Part shown: piece by piece, positions 9,533 to 21,476 of the stretch
Position numbering within the stretch: position 1 is the first letter of the stretch
Layout of the letters: every line of letters starts with the position of its first letter
Assembly: GCA_963771075.1 (NCBI GenBank)
Contig: CAVYSE010000018.1
Location: 96,001 to 160,000 of the forward strand
DNA length: 64,000 nucleotides
Direction of reading: 5' to 3'
Origin: a candidate division FCPU426 bacterium
GTDB lineage: Bacteria > Oederibacteriota > Muellerivitia > Muellerivitales > Muellerivitaceae
The notes under the pieces: model-generated
The model's database searches: none
What the model saw: the letters and a program-made list of their open reading frames with translations, nothing else
Told to the model about the DNA's origin: nothing
Program-made: the position numbers and the translations under genes

Positions 9533-10099
9533 ATGAAAAAAATCCTCATCCCCCTTTTTCCCTGCCTCGGGATGGCTTTGATATTCGAACTGTGTTATTT
9601 CATGTCGGTTTACCAGGGTCGGCCCCCCGCGAAACCCCTTTACGATTGCGTGCTGGTCTATGGGGGGTATGTGAATCGCACCCGGATGGGTTTGATGCTG
9701 GCGGATACGCGCCATATCCCGATCTTCCTGTCCGAAGCTTACGGCGGGCCGGAGCAAGTGCAAAAACTTTTCGGAAAAATTTCATCGCCCATCGTGGTGG
9801 ACCACTACGCCCGCACCACCGACCAGAACGCCCGCAACGCCGTGAAGTTCATGGAAGAGGGCGGGTTCCATCACGCGGCGCTGGTGACCAACTGGTACCA
9901 CCAGCCCCGGGCTCTCCTCCTCACCCGGATGTACCTTTTGGGAAAAGAGGTCGAAGTGCAACCCTATTTCTTCGAGAAGGTACCCGTCTTTTGGGAAAAA
10001 GAACCTGATTTTTGGTTTGAGATGGTGAAGATTTGGGGTAGCCTGGCGCGTGTGATGCTGCATTGGGTCCATTACGACAAACCTGTGTTTCATCAATGA
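9533..10099 (+). CDS. YdcF/DUF218-family membrane-anchored protein
   Basis: N-terminal TM helix; VLVYGG, ARTTDQNA and LVTNWYHQPRA motifs. Confidence 0.75.
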   Translation: MKKILIPLFPCLGMALIFELCYFMSVYQGRPPAKPLYDCVLVYGGYVNRTRMGLMLADTRHIPIFLSEAYGGPEQVQKLFGKISSPIVVDHYARTTDQNARNAVKFMEEGGFHHAALVTNWYHQPRALLLTRMYLLGKEVEVQPYFFEKVPVFWEKEPDFWFEMVKIWGSLARVMLHWVHYDKPVFHQ

Positions 10100-10125
10100 A
10101 GAAATAATTCCGGGAGGGATTCACC

Positions 10126-10983
10126 ATGAAAATCGCAGTGATTGGCGCCTCGGGCATGTTGGGCACCCGGATGGTCGAAGTCTTGGAATCCAACGGCCAT
10201 GAGGCCTTGACCGCCGACCTGCCGGTGCTGGATATCACCGACCCCGCCATGCTGGCCCGCTTCTTCGCCACCCAGGATTTCGATGGGCTCATCAACTGCG
10301 CCGCCTTCACCGCCGTGGACGCCTGCGAGGTCCGGGCCCAAAGGCCGACCGTGATGAAAGTGAACGGGGAAGCGGTTGGGAATATGGCCAACCTTTGCCG
10401 GGAAGCACGCCGTTGGATGATCCACATCTCCACCGACTACGTCTTCAACGGCAGGGGCGAACGCCCTTGGAAGGAAGTAGACGCGCCCGACCCGGTGAAC
10501 GCCTACGGAAGGTCGAAGCTGGAAGGCGAGCGACTTTTCCACCTGGCCGGCGACCCGGGATGGATCGTGCGCACCAGCTGGCTTTACGGACCCAAGGGCA
10601 AAAACTTTGTCCGCGCCATGGCGGGCTTGCTGAGAACCAAATCCCAAGTGGAGGTGGTGGACGACCAGACGGGCGGGCCCACCTTCACGGGAGACCTGGC
10701 GAACTTCCTCCTGAAAATGGCCGAGGCCCAACCCCCGATGGGGACTTACCATTACGCCAACGAGGGCCATGTGACTTGGTGCGGTTTCACCCGGGCGATT
10801 AAGGAAGAGTTGGGGCTGACCTCCTGCGAGGTGGTCCCGGTCACCAGCGACCGCTTTCCACGCCCGGCCCGGCGGCCCGCCAACTCCCGGTTCGACCTGT
10901 CCAAGGCCCGGGCCTTCTTCCCGAAGGGGATGCGCCCCTGGCGCGAGGCCTTGAGGGAATACCTGGCAATGGAAAAGCTTTAA
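10126..10983 (+). CDS. rfbD: dTDP-4-dehydrorhamnose reductase
   Basis: GASGMLG, NCAAFTAVD, HISTDYVF, YGRSKLEGE and DQTGGPT motifs. Confidence 0.95.
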   Translation: MKIAVIGASGMLGTRMVEVLESNGHEALTADLPVLDITDPAMLARFFATQDFDGLINCAAFTAVDACEVRAQRPTVMKVNGEAVGNMANLCREARRWMIHISTDYVFNGRGERPWKEVDAPDPVNAYGRSKLEGERLFHLAGDPGWIVRTSWLYGPKGKNFVRAMAGLLRTKSQVEVVDDQTGGPTFTGDLANFLLKMAEAQPPMGTYHYANEGHVTWCGFTRAIKEELGLTSCEVVPVTSDRFPRPARRPANSRFDLSKARAFFPKGMRPWREALREYLAMEKL

Positions 10984-11119
10984 TTAAATCACGAAAGTGG
11001 AATTTCATGAATTCCAGCCTTTTTAGCCCCTTCTAAACCCTGATTGGGGAAAATCTTTATAGTAAACTAAGCCTGTTTCCGCGTGTTTATCCATGAATTC
11101 CCGTTGGGCCTGGAATTGA

Positions 11120-14100
11120 ATGACCTCAATTAATAAAACCCTTCTCGTATTGATCCTTCTTTTCGCGCCCTCCCTTGATTTTGCTTTTTCCCTGAATCAA
11201 GGCGCCGGGTTGGTCATCGGGTTCAAAACTTTCACCCAACGAAACCCGAACGCCTCGGATGCCCTTGCCGATACCCTGGACGCTCCTCAAAAAATCTTCA
11301 GCGATGGGTCCCACCTCTATGTCGCGGATACGGCCAACAACCGGGTTTTGATCTATAACACCCTACCCGCGAGCTTGAATATCCCGGCGGATGAGGTGTT
11401 GGGCCAATGTGACCCCGAATACGGGGGAGGGGGCCAATGAAGGTTTGGCGCCCCCCCAGGCCTATACTTTAAGCTCTCCCGAGGGGGTCTTCAGCGACGG
11501 GGCCCACCTTTTTATCGCGGATACGGGGAACAACCGGGTTTTGATCTACAACACACCGCTTCCCACCACCAACCAATCCGCGGACGTGGAGTTAGGCCAA
11601 ACCAGCTTCACCACCCATACCGCCTCTTCACCCACCTCCTTCACGATGAACCAGCCGATGGGGGTTTATAGCGATGGGACCCGGCTCTATGTGGCCGATT
11701 CGGGCAATAACCGGGTGCTGATGTTTTCCACGATCCCCACCCTGAGCCATACAGCCGCCACTTACGTTTGGGGCCAAACCACGATGAACCTCAAAACGGT
11801 CCCCTCATCCCCTACCAGCTTGACGATGACTTCGCCACGGGATATTTGCGGGTCGGGCACCACCCTCGTGGTCGCGGATTATTTCAACAACCGGGTCCTG
11901 GTTTTTAACACGATCCCCGCGGGAAATACCCCGGCCGCCGACGAGGAGATCGGACAGCCCGACATGCTCTCCAACGGGGCCAATCAAAACGGAAACCCCA
12001 CTTCCATCACCTTGTATAATCCCGCCGCCTTAGGCTTCAGCGCCGGCAATCTTTACGTGGCGGATAAAAATAACAACCGGGTACTCCTTTACAACGGCAT
12101 CCCCTCCGCCAATGGGGCTTCGGCAAACCTGGTGGTGGGCCAGCCCGACATGGGCACGACCCAGGTGAACACCGGCGGCATCGGCCCGGGGAGTTTAAAC
12201 TCACCCCTGGGTGTCTGCGGAGACGCCTCCAATTTGTACGTCAGCGATTCAGGCAACAACCGGCTCCTGATATTCAACGGTATACCCTCCGGCAATAATC
12301 CTTCGGCGAACCTGCCCCTGGGCCAGGGAGACCTTTACAGCGGCCTCATCAACCGGGACGCCGGCAACCCGATGAACAGCCTGTATTTCCCGACGGGAAC
12401 CTACTACGACGGCCACCAACTTTTCCTGGCGGACAACCAGAACAGCCGGATCCTGGTTTACAACTCGATCCCCACCCAAAATGACGTATCGGCGGATTAT
12501 TTCATCGGGGGCCCCGGGGCGGGGGTGACCAACGGGTTGGTCATGGACAACCCGGGAGGCGTCTTCAGCGACGGGGCCACCTTGTTCGTCGCGGATACCG
12601 GTTACAACCGGATCCTGGTCTACAGCCCGATCCCCTCGAACTCCACCGTCGCGCCGAATTTTATCATCGGCCAACCCGATTATTTCACCGGGACCGCCAA
12701 CACGGGGGGCGCCTCGTCCCAATCCCTCAGCACGCCCTACCATGTCTTTGAGGCGGGGGGGAAACTTTTTGTGGCGGATTCGGGCAACAACCGGGTTCTG
12801 ATTTACAACAGCCTGCCGTCGGGTTTTGGCGCTTCCGCGGACGTGGAAATCGGCCAGCCCAACATGACCACCGTCACGGCCAATACGGGAGGGCTGAGCG
12901 CCCAATCCCTGTCCCTTCCCGCGAATGTTTTCTCGGACGGGACCCGGTTGTTCGTCGCCGACGTCGGCAATAACCGGGTATTGATCTTTAACAGCATTCC
13001 CGTGACCCAAAACGCGGCGGCCGATGTCGTGATCGGCCAACCCAATATGACCACCGCCACCGCCAGCGCGCCGGCATCCTTCAGCCTGAGTTCACCCGCA
13101 GGGGTATGGGGGGACGGGACCCGCCTCTTCGTTTCCGATTACGGCAACAACCGGGTTTTGGTCTATAACTCCATCCCGGTTACGAACAATACCCCCGCCG
13201 ACCAGGTGCTGGGCCAGGCCGATTTCGTGAGCGGCGGAGCCAACCGGGGAAGCTGTATCGGGCCCAACACCCTCTATCATCCCTGGGCGGTCGCCCAGGC
13301 GGGAACCCAATTCCTGGTGTCCGATAATACCAATCACCGGGTTTTGATTTTTCAGGATACCCCGATGCCGACCGCCACTCCCACCAACACTTTCGTGTTG
13401 TCGCCGACCCCTTCCTCCACCGGTACCCCGACTTCCACCCCGACATCCACCTTCACTTCCGCGATGACCTCCCTTCCTACCTCCACCCCGGGGCCTGGAA
13501 GCGTGCTTGGAAATTTAGGCGCCGACCAGTTCGTCAGCGCGGTCGCGGTATCGGGCAACACGGTCTATATAGGAGGCGCTTTCCAGAAAATCGGAATCAA
13601 GGTGGGGCAGGGGGCGGCGCTCGACCCGACGAACGGAACACCCCTCCCCAATTCCGCGCCGGTTTCCGGCACCCGGATCAACGCGGTCATAAGCGACGGA
13701 TCGGGCGGCTGGTATATCGGGGGGGATTTCACCTGCGTGCAGGGGATGCCGATCTCCTACCTCGCCCATATCCTCCCCGGCGGGAACCTGGATACGAACT
13801 TTAATCCCCCGGCGCTTTCTTACCCGCTCTATGCCCTCGCCCTTTCGGGAAACACCCTTTATTTTGGAGGGCAATTTTTCTACGTCGGGGCTTCGAGCCG
13901 AAACAACGTGGCCGCGGTCAATGCCACGACGGGAGCCCTCCTCCCCTGGAACCCGGGAACGAACGGGACGGTCAACGCCCTGGCGGTTTCGGGCAGTACG
14001 GTTTACATCGGGGGAAGCTTCACCCAGGTGGCGTCGACCACCCGTAATTACGGCGGCGCGGTGGACGCTTCCTCGGGCGCCCTTCTTTCATGGAACCCCA

Positions 14101-17100
14101 ACCTCAATTCCTACATCGCCGCCATCGCGGTGGGGGCGGGTTCCGTCTATATCGGGGGAAGTTTCACGACGATCAACGGGGGAACCGCCCAAAATTACAT
14201 CGCGGCCGTGGACCCGGCCACGGGCGCGCCGCAGGCCTTTAACCCGAACCCCAATGGGACGGTGTACGGCCTTTTGATCTCAGGCACGACCCTCTACGCG
14301 GGCGGCAGTTTTAACCTGGTCGGGGCTACGAACCGGAATTACCTTGCCTCCTGGGACACGGGAACGGGAACCCTTCAGGCCTGGAACCCCAATTGCAATG
14401 GGCAGGTCCAATCCCTGGATGTTTCCGGGTCGTCGATCTATGTGGCGGGAGGGTTCGCGACGATCGGGGGCGCGGCCCGCGCGAACCTGGCGGCGGTCGA
14501 CGCGACCAGCGGAGCGGTTTTGGCCTGGAATCCCAACTCGAATTCAACGGCCTACGCGGTGGCGGTTTCAGGCGGGAACGTCTATGTGGGCGGGGGATTC
14601 ACCCTCATGGGGGCGGTGACCCGAAACCACGTGGCGGCCATCGATATCCCCTCGGGAACGCTTTTGAGCTGGAACCCCGACGCGGATGAGCAGGTTACCG
14701 CCCTGGCCGTTTCCGGCAGCACGGTTTATATCGGCGGTTTTTTCATCCATATCAATGGCACGGTCGCCCGCAATTATTTGGCCTCGGTCGATACCCTTTC
14801 CGGTTCCGCCCGGCCCTTTAATCCCAACCTCAATTACAATCCTTACTCGCTGATCGTTTCGGGGACGACCCTCTATGTCGCGGGTAATTTTTCCCTTTGC
14901 GGGTCCACCACCCGCAACAACCTGGCCGCGGTGGACTCCACGTCGGGTTCCCTTCTCTCGTGGAACCCCAACGCGAACAATATCGTTTACGGTCTCGCCC
15001 AGTCGGGCTCGACGATCTACGCCGGGGGCAATTTTACGGCGATGAACGGGGGTACGACCCGCAATTACCTCGCGGCAGTGGACGGCACCACCGGCAACTT
15101 ACTGCCTTGGAACCCGAACCCCAATTCTTACGTGAACGTTTTGACCGCTTCCGGGAACCGGGTCTACGCGGGCGGATGGTTCACCACGATGAATGGAGGC
15201 ACCCCCCAAAGTTACCTCGCGGCCTTGGACGGGACGACGGGGACGGACCTGGCCTGGAATCCCAACCCCAACAACGCGGTGGATGCCCTGGCCCTTTCCG
15301 GCGGGGTCCTGTACACGGGCGGTGTTTTTACAGCGATCGGGGGCGCATCCAGGAGCATGATGGCCGCCTTGGACGCGGCCTCTGGAACAGCGCTTTCATG
15401 GACCGCGAACACGAACATTCAGGTATCCTCGATTGCCCTTTCGCCGGGAAATGTATTCATGGGCGGGGATTTCACGGCTTTTGGATGTTTGCCCGCCTAT
15501 TATTACGGCCAGATCGGGGCCGCTCCCACGGCCACCATAACTTCCACCGTTACCTCAACGTCCACGCCCACCGCCACTTCCACCTCCACGCCCACACCTA
15601 GCCCGACTTACTCACCTACCCAAACACCGACTATTACATCCACTTGGACACCCACGACGACTGCCACGATCACCCCCGACCCTTCCGATACGGTCTCCTC
15701 CACCTCCACTATCACCTTAACACCCACGGTTACCGATACTTACACCAACACCATTACCAATAGCCCGACCATTACGGAAACCCCGACCGTCACCTTAACA
15801 CCCACTTCCACGGATACTTACACGAGCACGATTACCCTGTCCCCGACTGGAACCGTAACACCTACGATTTCCGATACACCCACTAACACCAACACCATTA
15901 CGAATAGCCCGACAATCACGGATACCCCGACCGGTACGAACACGGTCACCACCAGCCCGACCTATACGAATACGGTTACGAACAGCTCGACTATTACCGA
16001 CACTCCAACCAACACCAATACGATCACTTTGACACCCACGATTTCCGATACACCCACGCAAACAAACACTATTACGAATAGCCCAACGATCACGGATACG
16101 CCGACTGGCACGAATACGATCACCAGCAGCCCGACCTATACAGATACGGTGACCAATACCCCGACCATTACCGACACTCCAACCAACACCAATACGATCA
16201 CTTTGACACCCACGATTTCCGATACGCTAACCCAAACCAACACGATTACGAATAGCCCGACGATCACGGATACCCCGACCAACACGAACACGATCACCAG
16301 CAGCCCGACCTATACAGATACGGTGACCAATACCCCGACCATTACCGACAGTCCTACCAACACCAATACGATCACATTGACACCCACGATTTCCGATACG
16401 CCAACCCAAACCAACACGATTACGAATAGCCCGACGATCACGGATACACCGACCGGTACGAACACGGTCACCACCAGCCCGACCTATACGAATACGGTCA
16501 CGAACAGCCCGACCATCACCGACACTCCAACCAACACCAATACGATCACCCTGTCCCCGACTGGGACCTTGACACCCACTATTTCTAATACACCTACCCA
16601 AACCAACACGATTACGAATAGCCCGACGATCACGGATACCCCGACCAATACGAATACGATCACCAGCACCCCGACCTATACCGATACAGTCACGAACAGC
16701 CCGACCATTACCGACACTCCCACCAGCACCAATACGATCACCCTGTCCCCGACTGGGACCTTGACACCCACTATTTCTGATACACCTACCCAAACCAACA
16801 CGATTACGAATAGCCCAACGATCACGGATACCCCGACCAACACGAACACGATCACCAGCACCCCGACCTATACCGATACAGTCACGAACAGCCCGACCAA
16901 TACCGACACTCCAACCAACACCAATACGATCACCCTGTCCCCGACTGGGACCTTGACACCCACTATTTCTGATACACCAACTACCACCAACACCATTACG
17001 AATAGCCCAACGATCACGGATACCCCGACCAATACGAATACGATCACCAGCACCCCGACCTATACGGACACGGTGACTAATACTCCGACCATTACCGACA

Positions 17101-18209
17101 GCCCCACAAGCACCAATACGATCACCCTGTCCCCGACTGGGACCTTGACACCCACTATTTCTGATACACCAACTACCACCAACACCATTACGAATAGCCC
17201 AACGATCACGGATACCCCGACCAATACGAATACGATCACCAGCACCCCGACCTATACGGACACGGTGACTAATACTCCGACCATTACCGACAGCCCCACA
17301 AGCACCAATACGATCACCCTGTCCCCGACTGGGACCCTGACACCCACGATTTCCGATACGCCTACCCAAACCAACACCATTACCAATAGCCCGATAATCA
17401 CGGATACACCGACCCCTTCCTTCTCCCCGACCGGTACTTCCTCGCAAACGCCGGTTTTCACGGACACGATTACCCTGACCCCGAGCTATACCTGGACTAA
17501 TACCCCCATCAATACCGTTACCTATACCGTTACGGCAACGGAAACCCCCACTTCCAGCCTAACCACCACACCTTCCAGTACCGAAACCCCAACGCCTAGC
17601 CTCACCAGCACGCCTACCCCCACTCCCCCCAACACCCCCACAGATAGCCTCACCCCCACGATGACATTCACCGGGACATTCACGCCCACAAGCACCCCGA
17701 CGGCCTCTTTGACCTCCACTGCCACGCCATCCGAAACCGGAACCCTCACCTTGTCTCCCACCGAGACTTGGACCCCTTCGGATACCCTCACGCCAACCGA
17801 ATCGCCCACGGTCACTATCACCGCAACCTTTACCCCCTCCCCCACATTGACCCTCACCCCCACGATCACCCAATCTCCCACCGTGACCCTTTCCCCCACC
17901 CCGACGCCGACCTTGGGCACCGGTTCCTACCTTTATTTGAGCGCGAACCGTTTCAATGTGTTATCCGACCCGCCCCTGCGCGTGGATTGCGGGACCTTGA
18001 ACGGCGGCGACCTCCAATTGCGGGTTTACAACGCGGTCGGAGCCACCATCCGGCATCTTTATTCGGGAAACCAGCCATCCGGGGGCTTCAGCCTTTATTG
18101 GGACGGCCTGGACGATAACGGGCAGGCGGCCTCGACCGGTTTGTACCTCGTCGCCCTGATCGAAACCTCGCAGACTCAGATCAAAAAAGTCGTGGTGGTG
18201 AAACAGTGA
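11120..18209 (+). CDS. Giant secreted protein: NHL-like repeats, WNPN-type beta-repeats, long Thr/Pro/Ser stalk and FlgD-like C-terminal sorting domain; frameshift near 11410-11435
   Basis: Signal peptide in the 11120 ORF; repeated LFVADxGNNRVLIYN; the 11391 frame continues the same repeat; ends WDGLDDNG...GLYLV...KKVVVVKQ. Confidence 0.85.
15520..17915 (+). repeat. Thr/Pro-rich coding tandem repeats, with a 192-bp (64-aa) period over about 16400-17410
   Basis: Antisense shadow ORFs recur at 16484, 16676, 16868, 17060 and 17252. Confidence 0.85.
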
Positions 18210-20095
18210 GGAAACGAACCCTCCTCGCGCTTTTCCTTCTCTTTCTCATCCCCTGGAAGGGAACCCGGGCGGCGAATTCGCTCACGAGCGGGGCCGATTT
18301 CCTGTTGATGACCACCGGCGCCCGTCCGGACGGCATGGGACAGGCCTTCAGCGCCGTGGCGGACGATATCAACACCCTTACGTTCAACCCCGCGGGCCTG
18401 GGAAATATCAGGCTTCCCGAGGTCGGCTACGGCCACGAAAGTTTTTTCTCGGACATTAGTTATGATTTTTTGGGCGCGGCGGTACCGGCCGGCGAGCTGG
18501 GTGTTTTGGGTTTGGGCTACCTGGGCATGGGAACCCCGCCTTTCAACAGCACCGCCGACCCCGCCGCCGCAACCTCCTCCGTGATGGACCAGGCCTTTAT
18601 CGGGGCGTGGGGCAAGTCCTTTTACGACTTCCATGTGGGCGCGGCCCTTAAATACATCCAGGAAAAGGTGGACACGATCCAGGGAACGGGTTTCGCGGTG
18701 GACCTGGGCGCGCGTTTCCGGATCCTGCCCCAATTGACCCTGGCGGGCGCGGTTTTGAACCTCGGGTCGGGTATCCAATTTTCCTCGCTGGAACCCCTTC
18801 CGCTGGTGGCGAACACCGGGGTGGCTTGGAACGCCTATGAAGACCCGAACCACAGCCTGACCTTGGCGGGGGACGGTTCCTTTGAGGTGAACTCCAACCT
18901 CCAGCATTACAGCGTGGGCGCGGAGTATTGGTTCAAGGACATGGTGGCGTTGAGGGCCGGATACCTGGCGAATTCCCAGGATGAGGGATTTTCAGTCGGC
19001 GCGGGATTTAAGTACCAGTTTTTCCAGTTGGATTACGCCTTCGAGCCCTACAACCAACTCGGATCGGTCCACCGCTTTTCGGGTTTGTTGCGCTGGGACG
19101 GGCCTTGGGTCGCGGGCGGGGAACCCAACGCCCCGAAATATGTAACCGCCCGCCCGGGTCCGAGGGGGCTTGAAATCCGGTGGGATAAAGCGTTTGGCCC
19201 GGTCCATGCCTATGAGGTCCATATCCAGCCCTTGGATGGAAGGGAGGAGATGGTCAGCCCGGCGGTGATCAACCCGGTTTTCCTGTTCAAGGATTGGGAC
19301 CCCAAAACCCTTTATAAGATCACGGTTCGTTCCGTCGGGGAGGGGGGAGCCCACAGTTATCCCTCCAAGGAAACCTATTTCCTCTCCAAGGAAAGCGCAA
19401 ACCCCAGTCCCGCCGAGGCGGTTGAAAGCGATCGGCGGGGGAACCAGGTTTCCGTCGCCATCGGGTTGCAGGGCCAAGTGGACGGTATCGGATTACGCTT
19501 AACTTGGAATGCCCTGAATGGAAGCGATATGACCGGCTATTCCCTCTACCGCCAGTCTCCCTCGGGACAGGTGGAGAAGGTCAGCCAGGCGCTGAAAAAA
19601 AGGACCACCCTCTGGGTGATGGATGCCTCGGGTCTTTACGGCTGGACCTGGCTCGTGACAGGTGTTTACCGGGACGGACGGGAAAGGGTTTTGGGCGCCT
19701 ACCTCTGGTACCCTTCCGAGGAGGAATCGGACCGTTTGGCGGGTAAAAACCAATTACGGCTTTACGCCAGCCCCCAGCCCCATCGAAGGGTCTACCTGGA
19801 TTGGGACAAGGACCCGGAGGCCGCGGGTTATTCCCTATTGGTCAGCCGGGCCGGTGACGGCGTTTATGAGCTGTATCAAGAACTGGGCCGCGCCCATGCC
19901 AGCGGGTTGTTCACCGTGGGAGGGAAGCAGAACCCCTATTATTTCGTGGTGGGGTCCAAAAAGGGGGAGGGACAGTGGGCGAATCATACCAATGAAGCCA
20001 AGGCGGAGTTGTTCAACGAAATGCCCGAGATCAATCGAAATTCCTCCCCGGACCTGTTCGGGGGCCGGGAAGCTACGCCACTGGATGATTATTAA
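18206..20095 (+). CDS. PorV/PorQ-family outer-membrane beta-barrel with C-terminal FN3-like domains
   Basis: Signal peptide; FLLMTTGARPDGMGQAFSAVADD...NPAGL; DYAF...LGSVHRFS; GTGA overlap with the upstream cargo gene. Confidence 0.8.
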   Translation: MRKRTLLALFLLFLIPWKGTRAANSLTSGADFLLMTTGARPDGMGQAFSAVADDINTLTFNPAGLGNIRLPEVGYGHESFFSDISYDFLGAAVPAGELGVLGLGYLGMGTPPFNSTADPAAATSSVMDQAFIGAWGKSFYDFHVGAALKYIQEKVDTIQGTGFAVDLGARFRILPQLTLAGAVLNLGSGIQFSSLEPLPLVANTGVAWNAYEDPNHSLTLAGDGSFEVNSNLQHYSVGAEYWFKDMVALRAGYLANSQDEGFSVGAGFKYQFFQLDYAFEPYNQLGSVHRFSGLLRWDGPWVAGGEPNAPKYVTARPGPRGLEIRWDKAFGPVHAYEVHIQPLDGREEMVSPAVINPVFLFKDWDPKTLYKITVRSVGEGGAHSYPSKETYFLSKESANPSPAEAVESDRRGNQVSVAIGLQGQVDGIGLRLTWNALNGSDMTGYSLYRQSPSGQVEKVSQALKKRTTLWVMDASGLYGWTWLVTGVYRDGRERVLGAYLWYPSEEESDRLAGKNQLRLYASPQPHRRVYLDWDKDPEAAGYSLLVSRAGDGVYELYQELGRAHASGLFTVGGKQNPYYFVVGSKKGEGQWANHTNEAKAELFNEMPEINRNSSPDLFGGREATPLDDY

Positions 20096-20231
20096 AAGCA
20101 AATCCCACAAACCCATCCCCTGAAAAATGCGCCGATGGCGAAGAACCCTTTCTGTGGTTAAAATGTGGCGCTTCCTTAATGAGCCGCCCTCGAACCGAGC
20201 CGGCAAAGTGAAAACTCTTCAAAGGGTTCCA

Positions 20232-21056
20232 TTGAAAAACACGCCCCGAAATTTCGAAGCCCGGGTCCTGGTCAACGAGCCGGCCGGGAACTATTTCCGA
20301 ATGATCTTCCAGGACCAGGGGGTCCTCCGGAAGGCCCTTCCAGGCCAATTCATCAATGTCCGCGTCTCGAAGGGACTGAACCCCCTTCTTCGCCGGCCCT
20401 TTTCCATCGCCCGGGTCCTGCCCGCTCCCAAAGGAAAGACCCGCGTCGAGATCCTTTACGCCCGCATGAGGGAAGGCACCCGGTTGTTGTCCCTCAAGAA
20501 ACCCGGAGAGACCATCGATGTGCTGGGCCCCCTGGGAAAGCCCTTCCCCTTTTTGGACCGGAAACACCCCGTTTTGATCGTGAGCGGGGGCATCGGGGTG
20601 GCGCCCCTGGTTTTCCTGGCCGAAGTCCTGAAACAAAAGAAAGTTCCCATGACCGTCTTTTTGGGGGCCCGGTCCGCGGGCGACTTGATTGACCTGGATG
20701 TATTCAAAAAGCTCAAGGTCCCTCTTTATATATCCACCGATGACGGATCCAAGGGCCAAAAGGGTTTCGTGACCCAATTGCTGGACGACTACCTGGACAA
20801 GGGCGAGATCCCCAAGGGCACCGTGATCTACGCCTGCGGGCCCCGGCCCATGTTCAAGGCGGTATCCATGGTGGGGGCGAAATTCGAGGTGCCGACCTAT
20901 CTATCCTGGGAAGAACACATGGGATGCGGCTTAGGGATCTGCCTGACCTGCGTCTGCCCGGTCAAGCGGGAGGATGGGACCATTCAAATGGTGCGGAGCT
21001 GTTACGAGGGCCCGGTTTTTGACGCGACGAAAGTGGAATGGGGGAAGCTGGGATGA
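20232..21056 (+). CDS. pyrK: Dihydroorotate dehydrogenase electron-transfer subunit
   Basis: PGQF, LRRPFS, GPLG, GGIGVAP, ACGP and MGCGLGICLTC motifs; start uncertain (20208 or 20232). Confidence 0.92.
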   Translation: MKNTPRNFEARVLVNEPAGNYFRMIFQDQGVLRKALPGQFINVRVSKGLNPLLRRPFSIARVLPAPKGKTRVEILYARMREGTRLLSLKKPGETIDVLGPLGKPFPFLDRKHPVLIVSGGIGVAPLVFLAEVLKQKKVPMTVFLGARSAGDLIDLDVFKKLKVPLYISTDDGSKGQKGFVTQLLDDYLDKGEIPKGTVIYACGPRPMFKAVSMVGAKFEVPTYLSWEEHMGCGLGICLTCVCPVKREDGTIQMVRSCYEGPVFDATKVEWGKLG

Positions 21057-21092
21057 AAAACAATATATCCGGGGAATAGAAGGGAGCGGGTC

Positions 21093-21443
21093 ATGAAAAC
21101 TCAACACCGTCGCGCGCCTTCCTCGGAAGGGTTCTCCGACTACGAGGAACGCATCAAGGAACTAAAGAGGAAAAAGCCGGAGATATATAAGGCCCTCAAG
21201 AGCCCCGATCCGCTCGCCTGTTTGGCGTGGAACGTCATCGAACTTCGGGGCGATAAGGGATGGAGCCAGCAGGAATTGTCCCATCGGGCCGGGGTGGCCA
21301 AAAGGGTGATTGCTTATATTGAAGCCTACGAATCCTTCACGGAAAGCTACAATGCCTCCGTGAAACTCTTGATCAAAATCAGCCGGGCCCTGGGGGTTTC
21401 CTTTTCCAGGCTTTTCCAAGAAGTGGACTTGACGAAGGTATAA
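21093..21443 (+). CDS. XRE-family HTH protein (HigA-like orphan)
   Basis: LRGDKGWSQQELSHRAGV...KISRALGV. Confidence 0.8.
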   Translation: MKTQHRRAPSSEGFSDYEERIKELKRKKPEIYKALKSPDPLACLAWNVIELRGDKGWSQQELSHRAGVAKRVIAYIEAYESFTESYNASVKLLIKISRALGVSFSRLFQEVDLTKV

Positions 21444-21476
21444 GCGCCAACTCGGAAAGAAACGATCGAATCAATC

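Noticed and set aside
15795..17920. Val/Gly-rich or Arg/Gly-rich minus-strand ORFs (also 51079-51831 and 59773-63965)
   Set aside because: Antisense shadows of the Thr/Pro repeat coding sequence
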